NCBI GenBank assembly: GCA_009914755.4
Contig: CP068257.2
Coordinates: 43,200,001 to 43,264,000, forward strand
Source of the DNA: the human T2T-CHM13v2.0 reference genome, Homo sapiens
DNA length: 64,000 nt
Direction of reading: 5' to 3'
Position numbers and translations under genes: made by a program. Below the pieces are notes generated by a model. It did no database searches. It had not been told where the DNA came from and saw only the letters and a list, made by a program, of their open reading frames with translations. Shown piece after piece: positions 1 to 15,354 of the stretch (positions are counted from its first letter, which is position 1; each line of letters begins with the position of its first letter).

Positions 1-263
1 CACAAGGCCTCTTGGAGCCCAGGAAAGTCCCTTCCATCACATTCTGTGTGAGCCACACACAGCCAGCCAACCAGCGTGGGAGGGGACCAAGAGACGAGAT
101 TCCCTGACGGCCATCACGCAGCCACGGACCACAGTAATAGCATAGAGAAAAGAGACTCCGTCAGTAGATCTGACTCTGCTCCTATGAAAAGTGAATAAAA
201 TGGAAAAGTTCACAAGTCTGAAAAAGAAAGAATGGAAAAAGCAGTAGGAACTTTAAACGGTGA

Positions 264-551
264 GGCTGGGTGCAGTGGGGTCGCTACACCTGGAATCCCA
301 GTGAGGCAGGAGGATCACCTGAGCCCAGGAGTTCAAGACCAGCCTGGGCAACATAGTGAGACCCTATCTCTACAAAAAAATTAACCAGGCGTGGTGGTGT
401 GCACCTATAGACCCTGCTACTCAGGAGGCTGAAGCAGGAGGATTGCTTGAGCCTGGGAGTTTAAGACCACAGTGAGCTACCATCATGCCACTGCACTCAG
501 CCTGGGTGATAGAGTAAGACCCTGCCTCTGAAAAAAAAAAAAAAAAAAAAG
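264..551 (+). mobile_element. Alu element
   Basis: The element starts ggctgggtgcagtgg, has an internal A-rich linker and ends in a long poly-A tail. Confidence 0.8.
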
Positions 552-557
552 GATATT

Positions 558-870
558 GGCCAGGCGCGGTGGCTCACACCTGTAATCCCAGCACTTTGGG
601 AGGCCAAGGCAGGCGGATCACGAAGTCAGGAGTTCGAGACCATCGTGGCTAACATGGTGAAACCCTGTCTGTACTAAAAACATAAAAAAATTAGCCGGGC
701 GTGGTGGCGGGCTCCCGTAGTCCCAGTTACTCGGGAGGCTGAGGCAGGAGAATGGCGTGAACCCAGGAGGCAGAGCTTGTAGTGAGTCGAGATTGCGCCA
801 CTGTACTCCAGCCTGGGCGACAGAGCGAGACTCGTCTCAAAAAAAAAAAAAACAAAAAAAAAACTTAGAC
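558..870 (+). mobile_element. Alu element
   Basis: The element runs ggccaggcgcggtggctcacacctgtaatcccagcactttgggaggc...gagactcgtctcaaaaaaaa. Confidence 0.85.
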
Positions 871-3230
871 AACCTGAATAGACCAATAACCATGGAAGAA
901 ACTGAGGCAGTATTAAAATACTCAACTCCCCTAAAAAAGACAGTGCCTCCAGATGCTTTAAAGATCTTCCACAACATAGAAAACCATGGAAACTTTCCAC
1001 TACAACTCCAGCATGACCCTGATGTCCAAACCTACAAGGACAGCACAAAAAACAGAAACATACGCCAGCCTCATGAGTACAGGGCGCAAAACCCTTAAAT
1101 AAAACGTGCGAATCAAATTCACTGATGTGCACCTGTGGTCTCAGCTACTCGGAAGGCAGAGGCAGGAGGATCACTTGAGGCCAGAAGCTCAAGACCCACC
1201 TGGTGAACCCATAGCAAAACCCACCTCTACAAATTTTAAAAGAAAAATTACCCGTGTATTAAAATAGTTGTTCATTCTGCCGCTTTCACTGCCCCAGCTC
1301 AGCAGACTGGCCGAAGGACGGCCGACCACCCCCTCCACCTATCGGCTCTGTCTGGGCCCTCAATAGGTTGGATGGTCCCACCTGTGCTCGGGAGAGGGTT
1401 GGCTTTCCTGGGTCCACCAAATCCAATGCTGACCTGTCAGCACCCTCACAGACACACCCAGAAACACATGTAACCAGCTATCAGGCATCCTGTGGCCCAG
1501 TCAATTGACACATAAAATTAAGCATCACTGGGGGCTCTGCTGCACATGCCTCACGTGGTGACTTCCGGGGGTCTCCAGAAAGCAGAGCCTGGGACAAGGC
1601 CTTGGAAGTAGTTTCTTTGGGGGGTGGTCTATTGAGGTAGGAGTGTGGGGGTGGGGAGTGTGAGTCGGGCCGGGAGGAAGCATCAGGAAGCGTGAGCACA
1701 GAGCTGTGGGCTGCAGGTGGGGCCGGGGCTCATTGCTGCTGGGACCCTCAAGGAACCAGGCCCAGAGGCTGGGGCAGCCCCTCCTGTGAGGACTGAGCCC
1801 CAAGGCACACAGCCCTGGATGGTCAGGCCCGGCTGTGGGGCCCTGCCCTGGGCACAGCCATGGCCACCTCTGCTGCTGATCCAGCCACAGTTAACGAGAT
1901 TCTCTTCTCCCGGGTGGATGCCTCCCTGAATCCCGTTACCTATAGAGAAACCGGAAGCGGCAGCTCACAGCATCTCCCCAGCTGGCCACGTGCAGGGCTT
2001 CTGAGAGCTGCATGGTTCTGTGGGGTGGCTCAGGTGTCTCTGGGACAGTGTCCCCTTGCTGATAATGTCCCCACTCATTCCCAGCATTGAGATTATGGAG
2101 CAAGAGACAATGGCAGGGAGAAAGCATCCCGGGGAGCAGACCTGGGTCCACGTCTTGAGCCTCCAGCCTCCACCTGGCGACCCTCACAAGGGCGGCGTCA
2201 GCAGTGTCAGTGATGTTCTTGTTCTTGGTGCTGTCGCCTGAATTGGCCAAGCTCCGATTCCACGTGTGTAATGGTGGTGGCATTCCTCCCATACTGCTGG
2301 TCTGCAGGAGCACCTGGGGATTAAACAAGGTTGTGAGTGAGGCCCCGACATCAGCAGGCGGGCAGTAAGGGATTGCTGCCACTTCGGTTGTGCGTGGTGT
2401 TCCATCCTTAAAAGTAAAGGGCTGGGGTGAGGGGCAAGAGGGGAGATTGTGGAATCTCCACCAAATTTTCTCCTGTTCTCAGATGAACGTTTAGTTTGCA
2501 GAGGCTGTACATCATTAAACACAGCCACGAGTCGCTTAGGCACAGGGATTGAGGAGTGCGGCGTTGGGTGGTTTGGTCCCTGTGCACACATCACGGAGTG
2601 CACGCACACACACCTAGGTGGGAAAGACTGTGTGCTCAGGGTGCCTGATGGAGGGGATCACTCTGGGCTGCAAACTTTACAGCATGTTACTGTGTGGGAA
2701 CTGCAGGCAACTGGAACGCAGTGGCCAGAATTTATGTATCCGGACACAGAGAAGGTACCATAAACCTACAGAATTGGAACCTTATGGAACCACCGTTGTG
2801 CATGCAGTCAGTCCACCAAAATCTTATGTGGTGTGTGACTGTTTACCTTTCTAGATCATTACAGACTATTTTCTGATTCATTTTTTCCACGTGATTAAAG
2901 CCCAAATTGAGGATTTCAGTGGGATTTAATGCGCTTTCCAGATCCCTTGGGAAACACAGAACATTTACCACCCGCAGCTTCCCAGGGTGCAGTACAGCTC
3001 CATCTCCCCCACACATCACGTGCAACAGACCCCAGACCTGGTTTCCTGTGTGACTAAACGTGCCCAGCCCAGCAACAGCCCCTCACCCCCGTCACGCCTT
3101 CGGTGAATTGCCAACATCGACTCCCAGAGCAACCTGCAGGCGCCGGTGTCATGGACACAGGTGGCCTGAGAAATGTGGGTGCCTTTTCCCCTCCTGAGGC
3201 TCTCCTTTAGGGTTAGGGCCCACCAGATGC

Positions 3231-3368
3231 TTTTTTTTTTTTTTTTTTTGAGAAATGGGCTCTCACTATGTTGCCCAGGCTGGTCTTGAACTCCTGGGTT
3301 CAAGTGATCCTCCCACCTTGGCCTCCCAAGGCACTAGGATTACAGGCAGGAACCGTTGTGCCAGCCTG
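3231..3368 (-). mobile_element. Alu fragment (right arm, truncated)
   Basis: A T-run is followed by gagaaatgggctctcactatgttgcccaggctggtcttgaactcctgggttcaagtgatcctccc. Confidence 0.7.
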
Positions 3369-4388
3369 TCTTGGAAGGCAAACACTTTACTATCTCCATA
3401 CAAACCCAGAACGGGGCTGGGCAGGCAGGGCCCCACCTGCTCCTACGTTTTGGCTCTCCTTGCCCTCCATGGGCAATTTGTACCCGTGAAGGGGCTTTGC
3501 TCTTGGGGTCTGCTCTGGGGTTTCCCGGACATTTTATTGATGGCTTCATCCTAGGGCACGCGCCCTGGAAGCAGGCATGGTCCTGGGAACGTCCCATAGG
3601 TCAGCGGGCTCTTCATCATCAATCTGAACAGGTCCCTTCCCAATTCCCAATGAGGGAGTGAAGGAAAGACAGGAGCCCTCACCTCCCAGATGGAGACCAG
3701 CCCCCACAGAGACCCACTAGCCTTGTGGGGGGACCCCTCGCCACGGAGGGCCCAGCTTGGCAAGCAGTCGGCTTCAGCACTGCAGCCTGGAGGATGGCGT
3801 CTGGAAGTCGGCTCCATGTTCTCAGCCTTTGGATTTGGGACAGGTGCCACACAAGCCTTGCACAAGGGGTACAGAAGTGTTTGAGTCCCCAGATTCTCAC
3901 TCTAGGGCTTTTTAGACTCTAATAACGCCCTAATTTGGTGTTTCCTGACAGCGAGGTATGTCTGCCTGGCTCCCCGAGCCCGTTTCTGTGTCTTCTGCCC
4001 TGCAAGTGACCGTTTTCCTCAGCTCCATGGCTGTGGCCCTGGGTAGCCACCTCCACGGCGAGCCTGGGCTCCCTGGAGCTTTCTGGACCTGGCAGTGAGC
4101 TCAGGGTTGCAAGGCCCTCAGGCAGCCAAGATCTGCACCTAGGCGGCTGTGAGGCCGACACACGTCACCGCCTTCAAGCCTCTGCCTCATCCCAAGCCTC
4201 TCTGCAATTATTTACTGCGTAGTTTTTCTTTGAATGATGTCGGGTTTTTTTAAAGTAGAAAACGTCACTGCTTTAAATAACATTAATAGAGTGTGCTATG
4301 GACTAAACTGTGTCCCCCCCAAAACCCATGGGTTGAAGCCCCAACCCCCCAAGTGACTTAGCTGGAGATGGGGCCTTGCCGAGGGGAC

Positions 4389-4615
4389 TGTGTCCTCAGG
4401 AGAAGAAAGAGTGAGTCTCTCTCTCTGTCTCTCTCTCCATCTCTAACTGTGTCCTCGGGAAAAGAAAGAATGAGGCTTTCTCTCTCACCTGTGTTCTCAG
4501 GAGAAGAAAGAGTGAGTCTCTCTCTCTGTCTCTCTCTCCATCTCTGTGTCCTCAGGAGAAGAGTGAGGCTTGCTTGCTCGCTTGCTCTCTCTCTTTTTCT
4601 CTCTCTCTCCCCATC
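4389..4615. repeat. ~57-bp tandem repeat x4 with embedded (CT)n tracts
   Basis: The unit tgtgtcctcaggagaagaaagagtgagtctctctctctgtctctctctccatctc repeats four times. Confidence 0.85.
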
Positions 4616-4800
4616 ACCCTCCGAAAGTGCACCCCTGGGCACACAGTGAGAAGGGCTGCGAGCCAGGGACAGAACTTCCAGAACCCTGAGCTTGGCTTCC
4701 AGCCTCCTGGGCAGCTAGAATTCAGTGTCTGTGGCTGAAGCGCCCCAGCTTGGGGTATTTTGCTAAAGCAGGCCCAGCTGATAAGACAAGGAAAACCCTT

Positions 4801-5098
<298 letters not shown>

Positions 5099-5822
5099 CA
5101 AGGAAAAAAGGAAAACCCCTCACCACCCACAGGGCACAGGCGGCCTCCCACCACCGCCACCGAATCAGGCCCAGAGTCTGACCTAGGACCCCCTCCCCTG
5201 CAGCCCCTGACCTCCTCTCCGCTTCCCATTCCTCCTCGGCCGAAATCTCAGCCCCTGAACCAAGCCCCGCCTGACTCCTGCCTGGGTCAAACCCTACTCC
5301 GGCCTGGACTCCAAACGCCGGGAGTCCGTCTGAGCACTTCCCGTCTGGAAACATCAGCAGGGTCACACTCATTCCTGGGGCAGGGGACGTGCAGCCCCCG
5401 ACTCTGGGCGGCTCAGGTCTCTGTGCCCACCCCATGCCCAGCCTGATACACAACGGTTTCTCCTTTGCAGATTTGTTACAGGACCCTAACACGTACCCAG
5501 AGGCAGCCGTCAGGTCAGGGTTTCCGCACTAGAGTCCCTTCCGTGGTCGCTAGAAATATGTTACAGGAATGAGGTTTGGCTCCAGACCCCAAGGGAGGGC
5601 TCCTGGATCTCGTGCAAGAAAGAATTCAGGGCAAGTCCACAGTGCAAAGCAATAGCAAGTTTATTGCAAAAGTAAAGTGGTCAAAGAATAGCTCCTCCGT
5701 AGACAGAGCAGGGCATTCCCGGAAGTAAGAGGGGGAACGCGTGCACCGTAGGTGCGGTGCTGGTGTACACGGGGAGGCGTGCTCGGATGCAAGGGTTTGT
5801 GATAAAGGATTAATTTTCTTTC

Positions 5823-6124
5823 TTTCTTTTTTTTTTTTTTGAGACAGAGTCTCACTCTGTTGCCCAGGCTGGAATGCAGTGGCGTGATCTCAGCTCACTG
5901 CAACCTCTCCACCTCCCCGGTTCAAGCGCTTCTCGTGTCTCAGCCTCCCGAGTAGCTGGGAATACAGGTGCAAGCCACCACGCCCGGCTGATTTTTGCAT
6001 TTTTAGTAGAGACGGGGTTTCGCCATGTTGGCCAGGCTGGTCTCGAACTCTTGACCTCAGGTGATCCACCCACCTCGGCCTCTCAAAGCGCTGGGATTAC
6101 AGACGTGAGCCACCGCACCCAGCC
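5823..6124 (-). mobile_element. Alu element
   Basis: The element runs tttttttgagacagagtctcactctgttgcccaggctggaatgcagtgg...gagccaccgcacccagcc. Confidence 0.85.
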
Positions 6125-7883
6125 TATTTTCTTAATTACTATATTTTGCCAGGATCGATATTATCTTTAAAGCAAAATTAGGAATGCCTTTGTTCTCCAG
6201 ATATGGGCTATCTGGACACTCCCAAGTCTGAGTCTGTGTAGTAAACATTACTAACCTGTTCCCTTAACCGTAAACATCCAGAGGCCAGGAATGCCAGACT
6301 TTCTGAGAATGCAGCCCACCAAGTCCCAGACCCTACTCAAGATGGAGTCACTCTGGTTCGAACGCTTCTGACAGATGTGTCCAATGCATGGATGAAATTC
6401 TGCCAAGATGTTCTGCATCTTGTGCAACCCCTCCAACCCCTTTCCTCCCGAGTGTGCATTTCATCCCCATTCTGTCTGGCTTCTGTGGACGCAGGAGGGC
6501 TGTTCCCGCCTGCTCAGGAGGGAGGCGGGGAGGAGTGGACGGGGGAGAGGGGCCCCCCACGCCTCTCTGGGCTCAGGGTCCCATCTGGTCCTCACAGGGC
6601 TGGGGCTTCCCATCTGAGGTCCCCGGCAGTGCATCCAACAAGCCAAAGTGGAAACAACCGCCAGGCGCCACCCAGGCCCTGGGTGAGGGCGGGACCACGG
6701 ACCCCAGGACTCCTCCCCGCAGAGACTCCGCAGGGTCCTCCTGCTCTTTCCACACCCAGCACCCGCAAACGGAGCGGGGGCGGGGCCGGGCTTCCAAAAG
6801 TCCCTGTGGCCAGGAAGGAAGGGCGTGTCCTGGGCCGGAGCGCCGGGGCTGGGCCCCTGGGATTCTCTGCGTCCAGCAGCACAGCAGGGTCCTCCACAGC
6901 CGTGCCCCGTGCTCTGGCCCTGGCAGCCTGGAGGCGGCGGCGGTGATCACCGGTCTGTTCTGGAGAGAGGGCAGCTACTCCATGGCGCCCTCTTGGAGAA
7001 AATTTCATGAACCAGACACCTCCGGCCAGGCCAGCCCTTCCTCATGCAGGTCCCTGAAGCCTCATCAGCAAAGCCCACTCTCAGAAAAATTCTTTTCATT
7101 GTTTACTAAGTGCCACTACATGGAAGCTGAGAGAAATAGGATTTGTGGAAGAGAGTACTGCAGAATACTGCTATTGGCTGTATTTTACGATTATCTCTAG
7201 TTAGAAATTGTTTCTTGGTATTCAAGGTTTAAAAGAACAAAAAATCTGCAGCCTGATGGTGGGTTAAGTAACATTCTGTAGCTTTGGAGAGTGGAAAACC
7301 ATCAGACCAAGTAAGTACTGGCTGAGCTGGCAGCTCTGACGTTCCTCTGTGACACGGGCTTTTATTCTGCGCACGTGTCGGGATCTGCCTGTACTGAGAG
7401 GTTCCGCGCGGCTTCGTTAAAACGGCTTTGAGGAGGAAGTGGAGATCCTGTTAGACAGGAGTCATCTCCATGCACAGACGGCCCCAGAGGTGCCCCCACC
7501 CGCGTGGGAAGCGACTGCCTAGGTCCCAGGGGGTGACCAGCTCTTGTCAGTGGAATGAGTTGAGGGGAGAGTCACTTCCAACTGGGGGCTTCTCCCCATC
7601 TGCTGGAGGGATGGACTCCAAGAGCCCTGGGGAGGCAGAGCCACAGATGAGGGCTTGGAGTCTGGCTCTGGGGTGTGAGCCACTGTGCATGTGGGAGTCA
7701 TCCACATGAGGACCTGAGGGTGACAGACGTGCTGCCAAAGTCCATGTGGCTCACGGGCTGCTTCCATCCTTCCGGACGTGGCTGGCTCTGATTCAAAGGC
7801 TGTTTTGTGGGGCCTGTTCCCCAGCGAATGCATGGGACCACAGACCAAGGGGGGCAGCAGGCAGTCCACTCGGGGACCTGGGC

Positions 7884-7970
7884 CACCCGTCAGGCTCAAG
7901 CAGACACCTTTGTGTCACAATGACCTGACCACCCCCGTCAGGCTCAAGCAGACACCTTTGTGTCACAATG
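7884..7970. repeat. 47-bp direct repeat x2
   Basis: cccgtcaggctcaagcagacacctttgtgtcacaatga occurs twice in tandem. Confidence 0.85.
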
Positions 7971-8675
7971 AGGGCTCCCCCTGAAGAGGTGGCTGCCCCA
8001 AGTCACTCTGGGCTCACGGTGGATGCATGGTGGACAGCGGCCGCACGGTGGCCTTTGTGATGGACTCTGGGGCAGACAGGCTTCTCTGTAACATGGGCCT
8101 TGCAGAGCTAGTCCAGAATGCTGGGGGTGCACTGGGTACCTGCTGGGACCGCCCGTCAAGTGAGCACCGAGAACTGAACTGCCACGGCCACCGCCTGACT
8201 GCGGCCTGCACGCAGCACCATTCGGCAGAGGGGGGACTGCAGGCGTGCTGCCAGGCTGGGGGTCAGGGGAGCCCCAGGACCACCTGCAGCAGGACAAGAG
8301 CGTGTCTCACCACCCTCCTGCTGCCTTCTCAGAAGCTGTGTCTGCCCCCGGCCCGAAGCCAGTGACAGGATGGAGTCAACATCCCGCCCACTCTTCTGGC
8401 CTCCCCACTTCACACCCAGGCCCAGTCCTTGCCTTCAGCCGCTGTGGTCCCCATGTTCTCGCCTCTGCCCAGGCCAGCCCCAGTCTGTCTGTCCTCGAGT
8501 GTGCTGAACACACTGGACACCCCACTCCCCTCCATCTGTCCTGCCAGGGATTAGATCCCCACAGTCAGGCATCTTCTTTGGAGGGAAATTTGGCAGATTC
8601 TAGTCAACGTTTCAAGTACACATCACACACCCTTTGATCCAGAATTCTACTTCTAGAAGCTGACCTCACAGCTGA

Positions 8676-9611
<936 letters not shown>

Positions 9612-10429
9612 GAAAATTTGCAACTTCTTAAACGATTCTAAGCCTAATGTTTCTGACAAGGATGAGCCTCTCAAACGAGATACTGGGCACTAAGACCACA
9701 CCACAGCAGTGCGTCTGGGGGCAGCACCATGGCAGTGTGTCTGGGGGCAGGAGTCGCAACCTCACGTCTCCCCGTTCCAGATGCAAGTCTGCAGTTGCCA
9801 CACATTCCTGAATGAGCCGGAAGCGGGTCGAGCACAGGGGGTTTCCGCCGCAGACGGGCTGGTGCTCGTAGCCACAAACGCTGGGCCCTGCGGGGCAGGT
9901 CCACGGGACAGACAGACATACCAATACTCTGCTGCTCGGACTCAACCCTGTGTCCCAGAGGACTGAAGTGGCAGGAGCAACACAGAAGGGGGCCGGGGTG
10001 GGGGGGCACTCCCTAAAAACCTGGCACGGAGACACCCAGGGAAGGACGCGAGGGGAGCAGGGAGCGCGGGAGCCTCATGCAGGTGTGCGTTTCACACGGG
10101 GGGGCCAAGGTCGCCCTTCCCGAGGCAGCCCTGCCTTCTCCCCCGGCCCTCGGCACCCAGCGCGAGTGGAGGGCATGCGGTGCGCAGGGCAGCTGTGGAG
10201 GGCAGAGACAGCCAAGACCTCCCCTGCGAGGCAGGCCCGTGGGCACAGTTTTAGGACACAGCCTGGTCCGTTCTGACAGCCACAGGCATTTAGTCTGGAG
10301 ACTGCCCAGGCATCCCACGATGGGTCAGAGGCCCACTTTACCCCAAAAAAGCCTACCTGCCTCCCAGCATTCCAAGCGGTCATGTCGACACCACTGAGAT
10401 GGAACACAGGAACACGCGGCATACTAAAC

Positions 10430-12417
10430 ACACGCAGGTAGTAAACCGTTTTATTGGAAACTGGTTAAAAATTAAGGCACTCCAAGCTTTATGGTTTCCT
10501 TGAGGTTACAGTTTTGTGGCTGCTCTTAGTGTATTTCAGAAAAAAGCAGATGGACGAAGACCGACCTTACAGACGTGGGTTTCTACACTGAGCGCAAGGG
10601 CTGACTACGCTGTATTTCACAACCGAGCCCTCGCGCCAGCTCAGCACCCTACGCTCAGGAAGCGGATTTTGCACGCACACTACTGCATTCATACAGAGTT
10701 CACTGAAGTCTATTACCAAGTGTCTTTTATGAATAAACAATACAAAGTCCAATTTTGATGGCTGCTATAAAATACTTAGGAATCTCTGCAATACTTTACT
10801 ACAAATACAAATGCCCAAGAGGTCAGGGAAATCAGCCTGAAGAACTGGGTACAGGTTCTATTCTTTGTGGAAATTTCAGCCTAGGAATGTTATTCCCGGT
10901 ACAGATGTACACAGTCAAAAAGGCTTATCGAGCTGTTTGACGAGTTCTTGAAGTGTTCTGGATCAGTGATCTGCCTGTGAACTTTAGTTCACGCTGAAGA
11001 CAGTCTTCTCAGTTTTCATGACTGTGAAGTGTGAAAATGGAACGCATCCTTGATCTTAGGTGCTGCTGACCTACTTTCCCAAAGCAAAATGTTTTAAAAT
11101 TCAAGGCAATCTGGAACGGGGACTATTTCCAAACTTCCTTAGGCAGCACTTTTCAGTGACTTCCCCGCACGCTGCTTTCCCTGCCACGAAGCGCTTGGTC
11201 TGCTTACTAAAGCCACGTATCCTGATTTTACAGAAACGTGGGCAGGTCCAGCAGTGCCACTGGAGAGCTCCCAGAGAAGCCCACTCAGAAGGAAGTGCTC
11301 AGACCACCCTCGAGCCAGAGCGGCTGGAAGCTGGACTGGTCCCATGAGGCAGAAGGAGCACCAGCGCCTGCTGGGTGGTGTGGGGAGAGCCCTCAGCTGA
11401 CTCTGGACACACCTGCTTCCGGGGCACGTGGCCCAGAGCCGGGCCTGTGGACGGGCCTTTCTTTCTTCTTGGGGTGGACCCCGTCCCCACGATCCCTAAA
11501 TGGCCACCCCCCAGACAGCCCAACAGGCAGCGAGAGGCCTGCAGGCACTGAGGATGCCAACAGGGCTGGAGAGAGCTGCAGCGTCCTGCCCCGTCCTCCC
11601 CACACCGCTGGCACACGAGCAGTCAACTGGTGCTGCTGAGGCAGGCCAAACACCACATTTATAATTCAAGCTTCCAAGGGAAAAAGATTCTCATGTTCTA
11701 GTAAAGATACAAATTTTAAAAATTGTCCAAAAAGGGCCTGAATTTTTATATGAAGGTTTTCTGGTGAAATCTTTTAAGCAGGGAGGAAAATCCAATAAAT
11801 TTTTTTAAAAAGGTTTAGCTATTCCCCAATGCTATTTAATACAATTGAGGTTAGGACGTTAAGTCCTTATCAGACTGTGTACTGGAGCCCCGTGTCATCA
11901 GCAAAAGCCGTGTGAGTCAACAGGTGTGAAGACTCAAGATGCGCACACAGACGCTGTCCGTGGTTTTATGGGGAATGATGAGGGCTGGTCAGTTCTCCTC
12001 ATGACAAAAGTCAAACCGACTTCCCTGTGTTGCGTGTGAAGCTTGTTAGTGGACAGAGAGAAACGCAGGGTTCTGCCCTGGGAGAATGACAGCCACAGCG
12101 CTGGGTGCCGTCAGGCGGCTTCGTGTGCAGTTAGCGTTTCACAAACTGAGAAGAGTATAAAAAAGCCCAAACCCCAAAGATTTCTTATTTCAAGTGACTA
12201 AATCTAGAAACAGAGATGAACAGGGAATAGAAGGTCACCAGTCTGCAAGACGAGAGGACTGTCCTTCAGGGGCAGCTCTCCGGCCGCCTGTCCTGGAAGG
12301 CTGGCAGGTTCACTGGCCAAGGTCAGGAGACCGCAATGGCCACGTGGTCTCCCGGCTGGGCTGGGCTGCGGAGTGTGCACCCCACAGGAAGCGTCGGGAC
12401 TGATGTGCTGGAGCGCT
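10430..12417 (-). other. PTTG1IP: PTTG1IP 3'UTR (~2 kb, terminal exon continuation)
   Basis: It is continuous with the last coding exon and has no splice signals. It ends about 20 nt past an AATAAA (plus-strand tttatt at 10450-10455). The length agrees with the ~2.7 kb PTTG1IP mRNA. The exact end is uncertain. Confidence 0.55.
10450..10455 (-). other. PTTG1IP: Polyadenylation signal AATAAA for PTTG1IP
   Basis: Plus strand reads tttatt, which is AATAAA on the gene strand. The position is about 2 kb downstream of the stop codon. Confidence 0.5.
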
Positions 12418-12464
12418 TTAGTTGTTTTCAAATCTAGCATACGGGTTTTCTTCTTTAAACAGGC
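12418..12464 (-). CDS. PTTG1IP: PTTG1IP exon 6, coding part: G|LFKEENPYARFENN* (C-terminal tyrosine-based sorting motif), stop TAA at 12420-12418
   Basis: Reverse-strand reads tttgtttcag|GC CTG TTT AAA GAA GAA AAC CCG TAT GCT AGA TTT GAA AAC AAC TAA. The six exon CDS pieces sum to 543 nt, which is 180 aa plus stop. Confidence 0.9.
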
Positions 12465-13022
12465 CTGAAACAAAATAAACTTGAATCATAACTTCATTCA
12501 TTCAACCAGAAACAAAATCTTAGAAAGCCATACAAACCAAGCTTTATAAGAAGATTTACTGAGGCTATAGCAACAACGGGCGTTGTAAGCAGGCTCTCAT
12601 ACAGTGCTTAACCTTTTTTGAAGTCAAACCACTTTAAACTTTAAAACTGAAATAAAATTTACTAGAAACAAGAACTCTAACAGATCCTAAGAGATAAGCA
12701 CTTACTTCCTGATGCTCGGCGAAGAAAAGAAATTTAAGGCAAGTATTTCTTTCCACAGTGGTTGGCTAGTTCCACAGTGGATGGCTACTATTAAACAAAA
12801 TAACCTTACTTTGTGCTTATAGCTGCTCTTAAACCTTTGGAATTAAGGCTACAGAAAGAACTAAGATGACCATCAATCTAACTCTCGAGTACTCTGACAA
12901 AACTGGGATAAAATGTGTATTTAATCATAAGAGTAAACCTGTGCTACTTACCCAAAGACCAGGAGTTTTCCCTTCACACTGCAGAAACACACACACATAC
13001 ACACACTCTCTCTCCCTTTATT

Positions 13023-13317
<295 letters not shown>

Positions 13318-14060
13318 TCTCTCTCCCTTTAACAATCTGTATTGTACACTAAAATTATCTGCAGCGATTACAACAAAGCTACTCACTGCATGTATTCTGG
13401 GGGCTGGGTGGAAGAGGCGGCGGGGAAGCAGAGGGATGGTAAGGAAGGGCCTAGCCATGTTTCTTTCTTGCCTGTCAAGGAGGGCCACAGGCATCAGGCT
13501 TTGGGAGTGAGGCTCAAAGTCGGTTTTGGGAAAGAGTCATCAGATACTAGCAAGGAGGCTGGTTAAGTTCTTATTGAAAAACTCGCTCCTGAGTCTACTT
13601 CCAGTTTAGAGGGAAAACCAAAACCAAAAGAAGGGTTTTTGCGTGCGTGCTGGTATTTTATATAACTGCACCAGGTGGACTCACATGCTTTCTCGCACTC
13701 TCCCATCAGGAATTCCTAGGAATTCTTCTAACTAGCCGAGGCTTTCCAAAGCACAGGCCATTCAATGGCTTTATTACAAACTGGCACAAAAAGCTCATTT
13801 CATCAATGCAATTAAAGGGCCAAATTAACCACCAAAATGGCAAGTGCAAGTCAATCAGGGCCCTGACACAGAAGACACCACTCCAAGAGCCTGGCCGGCC
13901 ACCCACAGCCTCACACCCGCTGGGAGTCAGGGCACAGTAAAGGTCGAGCAACTTAAACACAGCTTGTGCTTGGTGATAACAGGTGCTGGGCAGTGTGTGC
14001 GTGTGTGCGCGTGTGCGTGTGTGTGTATCCACCTTGTCTTTTATTTACATTAACATTAGT

Positions 14061-14367
<307 letters not shown>

Positions 14368-15273
14368 TTAGGTGCCAAAAAGCTCTTGACTCTTCCATTT
14401 CAAGGAAAGCACAATGCCTCCAGCCAAGGCCTGCAGAGATGCTGCTGGGCCCACGCTCCACGTACACAGGCATGCACTCGCTGAGGAGGGCAACCCTGGT
14501 GCTGCTCCTTATGACAGTCACACGCAGGTACCCGGTCACCACCCACTCCAGACACACACCGGGAAACACAGGCGACAGAGAGGGTGGGGCAAGGACAAGG
14601 CAGCAGTGAAGAGAACCCAGAGAGTCAGCGCCCAAGCACACGGCACTCAGGAGACTGATGGGCGGGAACACATAGGAAAAAGCCTCTATCAGCCACTGGG
14701 CATCTCGAGGCCAGCAGCCAAGGCAGCCTCACGCCCCCAAGCCGACACTTCGAGACCGGCAGGACTCACGTGGCCTCAGGTCACAGCACAGTCACATGGA
14801 GGTGACTTTCCAAGGAGGCCAGAACTGACAGGGAGGGGACGTCCCGGCCAGTGGGCAGAGCCACCCAGCGTTTACAGTCCAGGGCACCAGCAGCATGGGG
14901 CCTCTGCAGCCCCCATGAGAGGGAACCCAACGCCAATCACCTGCACCTGACGGAGGCGCCGCTCACAGTGGCTGCTGGGCTTTGCCGTCCACCCCCCACC
15001 CGATGACCGAGAACCGCAGCGACGTCCTCATGCCCCCAGTGGGTGGGACCCTAAAATACCACAAATATATGATATTCCCTAAAACAAACAGAAGACTCAA
15101 AACACGTGCATTAGTCAGAAAAGGCTCTGAAATTTTCCAATTAGGTTTAGCCTTTAATATACTGCTTCAAGGAAAGCACCGTGGGCGCAGGACGACAGAT
15201 TCCTGAGGCCCACGGCTGCCATGAACCCAGGACCACGCACCTCGCACAGGCGAGGAGTCAGTTCCCACCATGT

Positions 15274-15354
15274 CCATGACGCCACACAACCACAAACCCA
15301 GCGCGGGAGACGCCCATGACACCACACAACCACAAACCCAGCGCGGGAGACACT
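15274..15354. repeat. 41-bp direct repeat x2
   Basis: catgac(g/a)ccacacaaccacaaacccagcgcgggagac occurs twice in tandem. Confidence 0.85.
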
